Positions 1 to 12,900 of a DNA stretch of 64,000 nt are shown here, piece by piece. Origin of the DNA: Nemertoderma westbladi (taxonomy: Eukaryota > Animalia > Xenacoelomorpha). The notes under the pieces are model-generated. The model worked only from the letters and a program-made list of their open reading frames with translations, was not told where the DNA came from and did not search any database. The DNA is taken from the NCBI GenBank assembly GCA_032718475.1, contig JAUCBJ010000668.1:70994-134993 (forward strand). The letters are read 5' to 3'. Each line of letters starts with the position of its first letter. The first letter of the stretch is position 1. The position numbers were made by a program, and so were the translations under genes.

Positions 1-1621
1 TAAACCCTCTGGATAACAGTGAAAAAAATAATCAGCATTAGATTTTACCTATATGCTGCAGAAAAATATTTTGAAAGAGTCTAATATTACGCAGAAAGCA
101 TTGTCGTCGGGCAACCAAGGAACAGTAACCAATCAGCATGTTGTTCAGCACTATTCTTGTTTTACTCTCAGCCGGTATAGTAGGGACGTTAAAGCACCAT
201 ATTTTGGAGAAATTGTGCATTTTTGTGATAATTTGATAATTTGTGATAAAGTGATAATTTGTGCACCAAAACTTACCCAAATATAGTCCGTACATGGGCG
301 TGTGGTCTGAATATCAGTCAGAGGTGGTTCCCTTCTGATGTTGTGGAAATGCTTCCAGCTGCTGAAAGATTATTTCATTGGTATATGGTAAGTCAACACA
401 AAAGACTTAGTTAACAAGTCCGTCGATATTTATTTGCCCATAAAGGTCGGTCTATAACCAACGTTCCTCCAACAAAACCAGCGCTGATACAACCGATACA
501 CCCTCAGGGCAGCTTATACCAAGCGGGACTATAGGGAATGTTGGTTGACAATGTGTTGGCAAAGCAACCCGAAGTGCCATCGCCTGAAGGATGGGTGGGT
601 TTCAATGGACCTCAGTATGGTCTACTTTACCACCAGGCACCTGTCGCTTGTAGACAATTGTTGAGGGGTGGGTGGAAAAAACAGTGCAATCCAAAGACGT
701 GCACTTGTAAGAAGAACTGTCTGACATGCACTGAACTGTGCTTCTGTTCTGGACCTTGTGCCCTGTAAAAATAAAGAAATACTGTACATACGTTCTTGGC
801 TTTATGTCTATCTTCTGTTACTAACGATTTCACATATTTGTAGTGCCCTTTTGTGCAATCTCGAAGTATCTGGTGGCATAAAACAAACGGATCAGTTTAA
901 TACATTTCAAATTATTTTCTCGCATCCATGGCAACATGATTATTAGAGTTTACTAACATTATCTTTGTACATTTGTGGATGTTTGCTTATTAATCAAATT
1001 AGTGTGGACATATTTGGGCAGAAAAACATTATATTATAGGCCTACATACATTACACATTATATTTTGGAAAAAAAACCAGTTGTTATATAAATATTTGCC
1101 CGTTGTTATGGCCCTCCTTTGAATATTCGGTCACCAAAACGTTAAGTAATTCACTATAAAATAAAACAAAGTGTAACTTGACCAATTTTGGGGAAATATC
1201 ATTCAGCCAATCACCCGATACTAAGGTAAGTAGACTTCGTTGGCATGTTAACATGGTACCAATGATATTCCGAGGTGGTTCCCTATCAAGACACTCGCCC
1301 ATATATGGACTATCTTTGGGTAAGATTTGGTGCTTTTATCACAAAATGCACAACTCCTCCAACAATTGGTGCTTAACGTAGACTCTTTTAATTTATTTTT
1401 TAGCACCATATAGGTAAAATTTAATGCTGATCATTTTTCTTGCACTGTTATCCGGAGGGTTTATAGTGTTTTTCTTATGTTTTACGGTGATTACTTAAGG
1501 TGTGCTATGCGAGGAATACATTTAGGATTGCCAATTCAGAGAAGTACATGTGTTAAATTTCCTGCTGATCAATATTTTCACGCTTTCCGGGTGTTTTAGT
1601 GTTTTTCAATGTTTTCCTCTA
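1..1621 (+). mobile_element. Degenerate DNA transposon, Academ(X)-like; left end lies outside the window
   Basis: Long imperfect inverted repeats (1-65 vs 1395-1463; ~185-310 vs ~1287-1380). Frameshifted internal remnant NVPPTKPALIQ...AAY-QAG...PSPEGW...CNPKTCTCKKNCLTCTELCFCSGPC (Cys-rich CXC tail). The right end reads ...CCTCTA. Superfamily assignment is from recall. Confidence 0.55.
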
Positions 1622-3298
1622 CTACTGGTGCAATATCGCTGGAGAAAGTTTTACAAACACTTGTAGCTAAAGAATAAAAGCAAAAAATTCTGACTCATTC
1701 ACTAAGGAGAAGGTATGGAAAACTATATCTGTATATCCAGGACATGTGGACCAATTGGTGTGTCGTTTTAGCCTATTTTATCGAGACAGGGGGGACCAAC
1801 TCGACGCAAAACCCGCCTTGGAGAATTAATATCCCGCCTCAATGTTAAATTCTCAATTTAGGGAAAGGAGCAGGTTACAGTGGCACGTTATTTTAACCAT
1901 AACAATAAACTAAAAAATATAGAACAGGTTACCGTTTTATTTTTGAGAGTAATCAGCTGTTATTTGCGTTGAATTTCCCCTGGAGAGGGATACATTTTTA
2001 TTACGTCCATAGCTTCCCCCCCCCCCCCCCCTATCTGATTTTATCATATTAACTTAATTTCGCGAATATTTAATTTCAATATTGACCATTTAAGGTACCG
2101 TTTAAAGGAAAGTAGCAGGATATAATGGCAGGCTTATCTAACCAAAACAATAAACTATATTTATGAAGCCCAGTTTACAGTAAAATTTATACTTCTAGAC
2201 ACTATAACTAAAGTGTTGCTGTTTGCAGCAACGAAAGTGTTGCTGATAGCAGCAACGAAACTGATAACTATAAGGTCGATAAGGTATGAGTAGTCCAACA
2301 AACAAGTCGCGGATACACAGTTTCCAACACAATTTCCATATCAATCAGAACCAGCATACAAATTAGAAATCAGCTACCGACTCAAAATACGGATGGCACT
2401 ATTGTACATGAAAGGCCCCAGTCCCTCCTGGTAACTCCCACCTTCCCCTGTTCTCAAGACCGCCCACTGGCGACAATAGCTAGCTTGCTCTGACCCTACC
2501 GGTAAATGACATGGATGCAAGTTGCAAACTAGGCGCGTAGCTACGCGTAGTTCAGAATATTTTACTCGAAAATGAGGGTGTGATGGATGTGTCTAAATAA
2601 AAAAAAATGAAGCCAAAGTTTGGAAATTCAATATAATTAGTATTTAGTATTATAATTGGGCAAGATTGCCCACAGTATTAGCACAATCAAGGGCACAAAT
2701 ATTTCCTGTAACGTAATTTTGATAAATATTACATTCCAGATATACCATATGGCATCAGTGCAAAAAGAAATACTTATAAATTAAGTACGTATGGGATTTT
2801 TAGGATTTGTTAAAGAAGTACGCATATCAACATTAGAAATAAGTGAGATATTAGTGGCACAAGCAGAAAATGTTAATCTTTTACACAAATCTCAACAACT
2901 ATACACTATTACAAATTACATCTCATCTACCTTGTCATCCGCCCTGTCTATATATTAAATATCGCCAAATTTTTTATTCAGAGGAGAGACTATAATACTA
3001 GGCCACATATCTGTAGAAAGATACAGAAACTTATTATATTAATAATTATAATTAATAAAATTAGACAAACATTAATATAACAAAAATTATAAGGATAGCC
3101 TACTATAGAAAGCTATAATAGACGGTTATATTGAAAATAACAAAATTCAGAAGTAAAAATAATTGGCTCAAAACATTAAAAGCACAGGGAAACACCGATA
3201 AACAAAAGTTCAGAACAAAATGAATCTCGAAGGCAAAAAAAGGCAGTGAGAAGTAAAGTAAAACGTTACAGGAAATTCTAAAAGAAAACTATTAGTAC

Positions 3299-5386
3299 GA
3301 GACGGGGGGGGGGGGGGGGGGGGTCTTGACGCAAATCACATCCCTGCAAATTAATATCTCGTACCAAATGTTATTTGAGGAAGCAAATAGTGGCACGTTA
3401 TTCTAACCAAAACAAAACAAATTTAATAACAATACATTTTGTGCGTAATCAGTTGTTTTGTTACATCGATTTTACCAGTTAGAGGGACTAATATTTAATG
3501 CGCCAAGAGTCCCTTCCCCATCTGATCACGTGATGTGATGCAGAATCCCCGAATCAAGAGATGGGAAGACTCAATGTGACTGTGAAAATTAAATATAAGT
3601 TTCGGATTTAAAAGTGCGATAAAATTACAAAATGTGAGAAGAAAAGGCGATCGTAATAGCGGTGGAAATAACATTATTATATGTAGGTAGGTATAAGACG
3701 TGACAATAATGTAAGATTAAGCTAAAGCTTGAGATATTGCCTAAAAAATCATTTCCATGATAATGTGAGTCGACATGAAATAAGTGAAAACTAGCAGCAT
3801 CAATGTTATAACGGAATTGGAATGTACTATGATTTAGACCCATAAATTGTGTACTAAGATGGGATGGTGTCAAGCATCACTGTCTGCCAAAGTAAGAATT
3901 AATGTAAGATGTGTTGCCAAGATAGGCGGCACCCTAGCGTATAGGTACTTACTGAAAGATTAACCGTCTACTTCTGCCGTGCAATGTAAAAAGACCGCAA
4001 GTCGCATTTTTCCAAAACTCACTTTTTCTGGGTCTAAAAAATGCGCTCTATCTAATGGTATAACCGAGAACACCGTATCTACTCTAGTTCTCGAGATATG
4101 CAATGTAGAAAGGCCGTAAGTCACAACATATGTATAGTGTTACAAAGGAAAAAGACCGTAAGTCAACAAGATTGGGGCGTTTTGTCATTGCATAGATAAT
4201 AAGAAAACGCACATACGGTTTTTTTAAATATGTATTTACATACAGGTTGTATAATGAAAAAACACCGAAGTACAAAAAATTACCCTTGAAGTCAAAATAT
4301 TAATGAAAAGCGAGAAAATCACGTATAAAAATTTCCCACCCCCAATTGCGTAGAGTTATAAAAAATTAGTAATTTACGGACATTTTAAACCAACAATCTA
4401 AAGGCAAACAGTAATTTGCGTTTTACTCGAAATGACTTTTTGTGACTTGCGGTATTTTTACATTGCACGGCAGACTAAATACCAACACCCTCTCTGTGAA
4501 CCTGTATATTGTAGCTGCATTGGAATTACTTGGCAGCAGAAGCACCAAAAATAAATAACCAATAAAATAAAGTTACCTAATCAAATATAATATTAATAAA
4601 GTAATCGGAAAAGAAAATAGTTTCAATAATAAGTTATTAAATTTTGAGTTGACAATCATGAAAATGTCAACAACATTGATATAAGGATTAACAGTATCCC
4701 AGACGAGACAACACAGCTGGGCAGACTAGATTACTTACTTCTGATTGGTTGAACCCCGTCTGTTTAGCCTATCAGGTCTATCAACCATTACCTTGGAGAC
4801 CTAGCCATAGAATAACTCAATCATGCGGAGTTTGCCAATTAATTATAATTGGATAGACAAATTCAACATGGAAGATGGTCTAGAATTCCAATTATAGCTG
4901 GTAATTCACGACAATAATGTAGTTAATGGGAAGTGGAATATTTTCAATTCGGAGAATGAAAATAATTATTAGTCGCGGTTAATCCAATTTATGGGCACAG
5001 AGCCCTACAAAACAAAATCTTCACAATATACAATTGCCGAAATTAGCTATGATATATTATACTTAATATAATACAAAAAATAAAGAAACTGCAATAAATA
5101 ATAGGCGGGGGTGGGGGCGGGGGTGGGGGTGGGTGTGGGGGTTGGGGGATTCTTGAATCAATCAGGATGGAATCCTCTGCAGGTGAAAATGACGCAAATA
5201 ACAGCTGATTACTCTCCAAAATAAAACTGTAACCTGTTCTAAGGACCTTAATTGATTGTTTTGGTTAGAATAACGTAAAATAACGTAATATCTCGTAACC
5301 CATATTTAACACTTGTTAATTAGGCGATACGAGATATTAATACGCCGGGATGTGATTTGCGTCACCCCCCCCCCCCCCCCCCCCCG
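3299..5386. mobile_element. Inverted copies of a dispersed non-autonomous repeat (poly-G + TGACGCAAATCACATCCC)
   Basis: 3300-3365 is the reverse complement of ~5325-5385; related copies at ~1785-2030 and ~47716. Confidence 0.45.
3973..4474. mobile_element. MITE, ~500 bp
   Basis: TIRs TCTGCCGTGCAATGTAAAAA-ACCGCAAGTC / GACTTGCGGTATTTTTACATTGCACGGCAGA. Confidence 0.7.
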
Positions 5387-5403
5387 ACACATCGTCGGCA
5401 CAT

Positions 5404-6549
5404 CACTGCTCAGCACTCAGTGCCAACTGATCAGCACTCAGTGCCCAGCCCACTACTCAGCACTCAGTGCCCACTACTCAGCACTCAGTGCCCACTGCTC
5501 AGCACTCACTGCGCACTGCTCAGTGCCCACTGCTCAGCACTCAGTGCCCACTACTCAGCACTCACTGCCCACTGCTCAGTACTCAGTGCCCACTACTAGC
5601 ACTCAGTGCCCACTGCTCAGCACTCAGTGCCCACTGCTTAGCACACAGTGTTCACTACTCAGCACTCAGTGCCAACTGATCAGCACTTAGTGCCCACTAC
5701 TCAGCACTCAGTGCCCACTGCTCAGTACTCAGTGCCCACTGCTTAGCACACAGTGTCCACTACTCAGCACTCAGTGCCAACTGATCAGCACTCAGTGCCC
5801 ACTACTCAGCACTCAGTGCCCACTGCTCAGTACTCTGTGCCCACAACTCAGCACTCAGTGCCCACTGCTCAACACTCAGTGCCCACTACTCAATTCACTC
5901 AGTGCCCACTGCTCAGCACTCAGTGCCCACTGCTCAGCACTCAGTGCCCACTGCTCAGCACTCAGTACCCACTGCTCAGCACTCACTGCGCACTGCTCAG
6001 TGCCCACTGCTCAGCACTCAGTGCCCACTACTGCTCAGCACACAGTGTCCACTACTCAGCACTCACTGCCCACTGCTCAGTACTCAGTGCCCACTACTAG
6101 CACTCAGTGCCCATTGCTCAGCACTCAGTGCCCACTGCTTAGCACACAGTGTCCACTACTCAGCACTCAGTGCCCACTACTCAGCACTCAGTGCCCACTA
6201 CTCAGCACTCAGTGCCCACTACTTAGCACACAGTGCCCACTGCTCAGCACTCAGTACCCACTGCTCAGCACTCACTGCACACTGCTTAGTGCCCACTGCT
6301 CAGCACTCAGTGCCCACTACTGATCAGCACACAGTGCCCACTACTCAGCACTCACTGCCCACTGCTCAGTACTCAGTGCCCACTACTAGCACTCAGTGCC
6401 CATTGCTCAGCACTCATTGCCCACTGCTTAGCACACATTGCCCACTACTCAGCACTCAGTGCCCACTACTCAGCACTCAGTGCCAACTGATCAGCACTCA
6501 GTGCACACTACTTAGCACACAGTGCCCACTACTCAACACTCAGTGCCCT
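5404..6549. repeat. ~21-bp minisatellite (CACTCAGTGCCCACT(G/A)CTCAG)
   Basis: Directly visible tandem array with variant units; explains the repetitive ORFs at 5313-6561. Confidence 0.95.
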
Positions 6550-6781
6550 TTCTGCTCTTAGTAAATGCCAGCTTATATTTTCTGCAGGCTAAACAATTGG
6601 GTACCAAACAGAAGGCAGTAAATATAAATATTAAATAAAATCGAAAAACTGAACTAATAAAAATCAACATTTGAAATAAACATCAGACTGCTTTGAAAGT
6701 TCATCTGTATTAAATGTTCATTTCTCCAATAACAGACACAGACGAGGGTAACTTCCTTCTACAGACACGGACCAGCAGACC

Positions 6782-6949
6782 CTAGAGAATATCGCCCTCT
6801 TGTGCCCGTTTAACAGTTTCCAACATATAAAGTAATCCGGAACTATCGATGGAAGCAAATCTTGTGAAATCTTGAGAGTTCAGTAGATATTTAGTGAAAC
6901 GTCCGTTCACGTAGAATGTTTGGAGTAAAGTCCCGTCGCGCGTCCAAAA
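6782..6949 (-). CDS. APAF1: Apaf-1-like terminal coding exon
   Basis: ccttag|TTT TGG...TAG; encodes FWTRDGTLLQTFYVNGRFTKYLLNSQDFTRFASIDSSGLLYMLETVKRAQEGDIL*, resembling the Apaf-1 C-terminus. Confidence 0.85.
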   Translation of the reverse strand, partial: FWTRDGTLLQTFYVNGRFTKYLLNSQDFTRFASIDSSGLLYMLETVKRAQEGDIL

Positions 6950-9900
6950 CTAAGGTAATAAAAACATTATGTGATAACAAATGTAATGTGAATGTAAATG
7001 TAAACATAATGTAATGTAATAACATAATATTTAAATTTATTATCACTAACAACGAATTAATCACCAAATGTACACCATGTCCTAGAATATAGTGTTCATA
7101 TTTAGGTACACCCCCCCCCCCCCCCCCCGCCTCCCCAATTTTTCTACAAATCTTTATGAGATTGCATGAAATTTGAAACAGGGATAGTTTCACCTCCCGA
7201 CCACTGACTGGGTGAGCCAGAATTTTTATTTTCGCTTTTAATCTTTAGCTACCAGTGTTTGGAATGGGTGTCTCCGTCGATATTGCACTCGTCGTACTGC
7301 AGTTAATCTTCAACCTCATAGTGATTTGTTGGTGTCACTGCCTTTAGAAAGCTGGCTTAAAGGTTGCATTTGCAACCACTGCAGGCCATTTTATTATATT
7401 TAATAAATAAACCATGTTCTAGAATAGCCACTTACTAAAGTAAATTTTTTTTATTTGACTATTTTTGGCCACATTTTCACGAGTTTTGAGGGATCAGATT
7501 ATGGGTTCATTTTGTTCGGGATATAACGAATTTATTCAAATCCACTTCCAATTTTAGGATTTTCTTTACTTTTTCTCAGATTTCATTCTTTAGTAGATCA
7601 TTCACAAAGTCTCCAAAATTAAATAAATAAAGTATGAAATAAATAAATAATAATAAAATGAACTGCGAATTAACAAATAACAGTAAATGGGTGAAAATAC
7701 AGAAAAGTTACCAAATTGGAGACATTCTCGTTTCTCACGTTTCTCAAAACCCAACATATGATATATATTCTGAAAGCTCAGAGTGTGTAGAATTTAATGA
7801 GAGTATTGACCGACCTTAAATATGATCTGTAAAAAAAATATACTGCTTCTCCCTTCCTGTCCACTGCCTGTAACCATTATTTTAATAGGATAATTGGTTA
7901 CAGGCGTGGGACATTTGTCCTCCTGTAACCTTCCATGTAAATGTAATGAGAGCCTGGTTACAGGCGGTTACAGGTGGGGGGACGTTTTATGGTATGCATT
8001 GGTTTACACAGGCGATGGAAATATAGGAGGGTACGTGTATTATATACCATTAGAAAGCTTGTCTGGCGGGTGATCTAAATATGTTCATGGTTCCTAAGAT
8101 CAAACAAATTAGCATTTTGCAGTTCTGCGTTTGCATACGATGGTTACAGAGATGGACATTTATGGTCGGACACCCATGTTTGGAGATACTTATCAACCTG
8201 TAACTTCCAAGCTATTAAATTAATTTGATTAATTTTTTTCCATAATTCTGCAGCATAAATTGCTGCGATTTCAAATATAATTAATTCGAACGTAAAAAAG
8301 TAAAGGGGGTTTTTACCTCACAATTCTCTTGGAGGACAATTTTTAGCTATAAATTAAAAACAGGCTTTGGTGGCTCATCAAGTTCCGTGTATCTATGTAA
8401 TCATGTACACTGTTTGACTGCAAATTTATTGGGCTTTCTAGTGGTATATAAAACTTATACACTATCATAATTCCAATACGCCATTGAAACGATGAAATGA
8501 TCAGTTGCATTTTTCCTATATTTATGATATTATTATTGATGTGGTGACCAATATTGTTTAGAATTTAAGGCATCGTATGCACTTTATTTTATGAAATTTC
8601 GATTAGTAGAAGTGGAATTATACATTGTCCAACATTTATGGAGCTTTTTGGCAACTTTTCTGTGTTTTCACTCAAATAACTTTTGGATAGTGATGAGATA
8701 CAAACTAACCTTAATGTTGTCGCCGGTAGACACCAGTCGAGAGCCGTCAGCATTAAAGGCAATGTCCGTAACCCAGGCGTTGTGACGACAACAGGTACCC
8801 ACTAACGTCCAGCCCTTAACCAACCAAACCTTCACGCGACCAGTGTCGTCACCGGTTGCTAGGTAACGGGAACAGGGGGAGAACCGACAACTCCGTACGC
8901 AGTCAGTGAACCCCTGGAGAACAGTGTGTTGGGTGTCTGTGTCAGGGTTCACTATATAGGCGCAGCTGTTGGTGGAAGTAACGCAGACATGTGATTGGTT
9001 GGGAGATATTGCGCAGGATGTTAAGTAATCGTCAACCACTTGGATATCACGAAGCAGTTTCCCAGACAACACATCCCATATCTGTGGAATTTATTTACTC
9101 ATATAATATATGTTTAATGGTGTCTGTCTGTCTGTATGTATGTCTGTCTGTCTGTTTTATATTGTATGTTTGTGAGTAACGTTTGTTTGTCTATATGTCT
9201 GTCAGTCTACCGGTATATTTGCCGTCAGTCCATAATGTATGTTTGTTTAATGTCTTTCTGCCTATGTTGTCTGTTTATCTAGATTGTCTGTCTGTCTATA
9301 TTGTCTGTTTGTCTATATTGTCTGTTTGTCTATATTGTCTGTTTGTCTATATTGTCTGTTTGTCTATATTGTTTGTCAGTCTATATTATGTCTGTAGGAA
9401 CGGTATGCTTATATCCGTGTGTTAATAAAACAAAATAAAATTATATTCGTTCTGTTGCTATGTGATGAAATGACATAAATTATAGGTTAACTTACGAGTA
9501 AGCGACCATCATTAGCAATGCTTAAAACTCTTCTATCGTCGGTAAAACTCTTGACTTGGTTCACTGCAGATGTGTGGCCTTCCAAGCTCCACTTCAAAGA
9601 GATTTCATTGGTTGACAACGACCACACACTTATCAGTTTATCGTTACCGGCTGTAATTAGCCAATCACAGGAAGGCTGAGTAAATACTAAACAGTATAGA
9701 TTGTGAACGCTACGATGGTTTCCTTCACAGACTCTCACATTCCTCAGATCTTTAGTGTTGTGATTGTAAATCTGTAAAAAGTACAAAAAAAACATCGCAA
9801 TGATTCAATTTCATGTAAATAAATTCAAGTTAGATTGTAAATAAATACAAGTTAGATTGTAAATAAATACAAGTTAGATTGTAAATAAATACAAGTTAGA

Positions 9901-12900
9901 TTGTAAATAAATACAAGTTAGATTGTAAATAAATACAAGTTAGATTGTAAATAAATACAAGTTAGATTGTAAATAAATACAAGTTAGATTGTAAATAAAT
10001 ACATGTTAGATTGTAAATAAATACAAGTTAGATTGTAAATAAATACAAGTTAGATTGTAAATAAATACAAGTTAGATTGTAAATAAATACAAGTTAGATT
10101 GTAAATAAATACAAGTTAGATTGTAAATAAATACAAGTTAGATTGTAAATAAATACAAGTTAGATTGTAAATAAATACAAGTTAGATTGTAAATAAATAC
10201 AAGTTAGATTGTAAATAAATACAAGTTAGATTGTAAATAAATACAAGTTAGATTGTAAATAAATACAAGTTAGATTGTAAATAAATACAAGTTAGATTGT
10301 AAATAAATACAAGTTAGATTGTAAATAAATACAAGTTAGATTGTAAATAAATACAAGTTAGATTGTAAATAAATACAAGTTAGATTGTAAATAAATACAA
10401 GTTAGATTGTAAATAAATACAAGTTAGATTGTAAATAAATACAAGTTAGATTGTAAATAAATACAAGTTAGATTGTAAATAAATACAAGTTAGATTGTAA
10501 ATAAATTCAAGTTAGATTGTAAATAAATTCAAGTTAGATTGTAAATAAATACAAGTTAGATTGTAAATAAATACAAGTTAGATTGTAAATAAATACAAGT
10601 TAGATTGTAAATAAATACAAGTTAGATTGTAAATAAATACAAGTTAGATTGTAAATAAATACAAGTTAGATTGTAAATAAATACAAGTTAGATTGTAAAT
10701 AAATACAAGTTAGATTGTAAATAAATACAAGTTAGATTGTAAATAAATACAAGTTAGATTGTAAATAAATACAAGTTAGATTGTAAATAAATACAAGTTA
10801 GATTGTAAATAAATACAAGTTAGATTGTAAATAAATACAAGTTAGATTGTAAATAAATACAAGTTAGATTGTAAATAAATACAAGTTAGATTGTAAATAA
10901 ATACAAGTTAGATTGTAAATAAATACAAGTTAGATTGTAAATAAATACAAGTTAGATTGTAAATAAATACAAGTTAGATTGTAAATAAATACAAGTTAGA
11001 TTGTAAATAAATACAAGTTAGATTGTAAATAAATACAAGTTAGATTGTAAATAAATACAAGTTAGATTGTAAATAAATACAAGTTAGATTGTAAATAAAT
11101 ACAAGTTAGATTGTAAATAAATACAAGTTAGATTGTAAATAAATACAAGTTAGATTGTAAATAAATACAAGTTAGATTGTAAATAAATACAAGTTAGATT
11201 GTAAATAAATACAAGTTAGATTGTAAATAAATACAAGTTAGATTGTAAATAAATACAAGTTAGATTGTAAATAAATACAAGTTAGATTGTAAATAAATAC
11301 AAGTTAGATTGTAAATAAATACAAGTTAGATTGTAAATAAATACAAGTTAGATTGTAAATAAATACAAGTTAGATTGTAAATAAATACAAGTTAGATTGT
11401 AAATAAATACAAGTTAGATTGTAAATAAATACAAGTTAGATTGTAAATAAATACAAGTTAGATTGTAAATAAATACAAGTTAGATTGTAAATAAATACAA
11501 GTTAGATTGTAAATAAATACAAGTTAGATTGTAAATAAATACAAGTTAGATTGTAAATAAATACAAGTTAGATTGTAAATAAATACAAGTTAGATTGTAA
11601 ATAAATACAAGTTAGATTGTAAATAAATACAAGTTAGATTGTAAATAAATACAAGTTAGATTGTAAATAAATACAAGTTAGATTGTAAATAAATACAAGT
11701 TAGATTGTAAATAAATACAAGTTAGATTGTAAATAAATACAAGTTAGATTGTAAATAAATACAAGTTAGATTGTAAATAAATACAAGTTAGATTGTAAAT
11801 AAATACAAGTTAGATTGTAAATAAATACAAGTTAGATTGTAAATAAATACAAGTTAGATTGTAAATAAATACAAGTTAGATTGTAAATAAATACAAGTTA
11901 GATTGTAAATAAATACAAGTTAGATTGTAAATAAATACAAGTTAGATTGTAAATAAATACAAGTTAGATTGTAAATAAATACAAGTTAGATTGTAAATAA
12001 ATACAAGTTAGATTGTAAATAAATACAAGTTAGATTGTAAATAAATACAAGTTAGATTGTAAATAAATACAAGTTAGATTGTAAATAAATACAAGTTAGA
12101 TTGTAAATAAATACAAGTTAGATTGTAAATAAATACAAGTTAGATTGTAAATAAATACAAGTTAGATTGTAAATAAATACAAGTTAGATTGTAAATAAAT
12201 ACAAGTTAGATTGTAAATAAATACAAGTTAGATTGTAAATAAATACAAGTTAGATTGTAAATAAATACAAGTTAGATTGTAAATAAATACAAGTTAGATT
12301 GTAAATAAATACAAGTTAGATTGTAAATAAATACAAGTTAGATTGTAAATAAATACAAGTTAGATTGTAAATAAATACAAGTTAGATTGTAAATAAATAC
12401 AAGTTAGATTGTAAATAAATACAAGTTAGATTGTAAATAAATACAAGTTAGATTGTAAATAAATACAAGTTAGATTGTAAATAAATACAAGTTAGATTGT
12501 AAATAAATACAAGTTAGATTGTAAATAAATACAAGTTAGATTGTAAATAAATACAAGTTAGATTGTAAATAAATACAAGTTAGATTGTAAATAAATACAA
12601 GTTAGATTGTAAATAAATACAAGTTAGATTGTAAATAAATACAAGTTAGATTGTAAATAAATACAAGTTAGATTGTAAATAAATACAAGTTAGATTGTAA
12701 ATAAATACAAGTTAGATTGTAAATAAATACAAGTTAGATTGTAAATAAATACAAGTTAGATTGTAAATAAATACAAGTTAGATTGTAAATAAATACAAGT
12801 TAGATTGTAAATAAATACAAGTTAGATTGTAAATAAATACAAGTTAGATTGTAAATAAATACAAGTTAGATTGTAAATAAATACAAGTTAGATTGTAAAT

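Noticed and set aside
5313-6561. Repetitive ORFs (STQCPLL / QHSVPTA)
   Set aside because: By-products of a 21-bp minisatellite that is open in several frames; no start or splice context.
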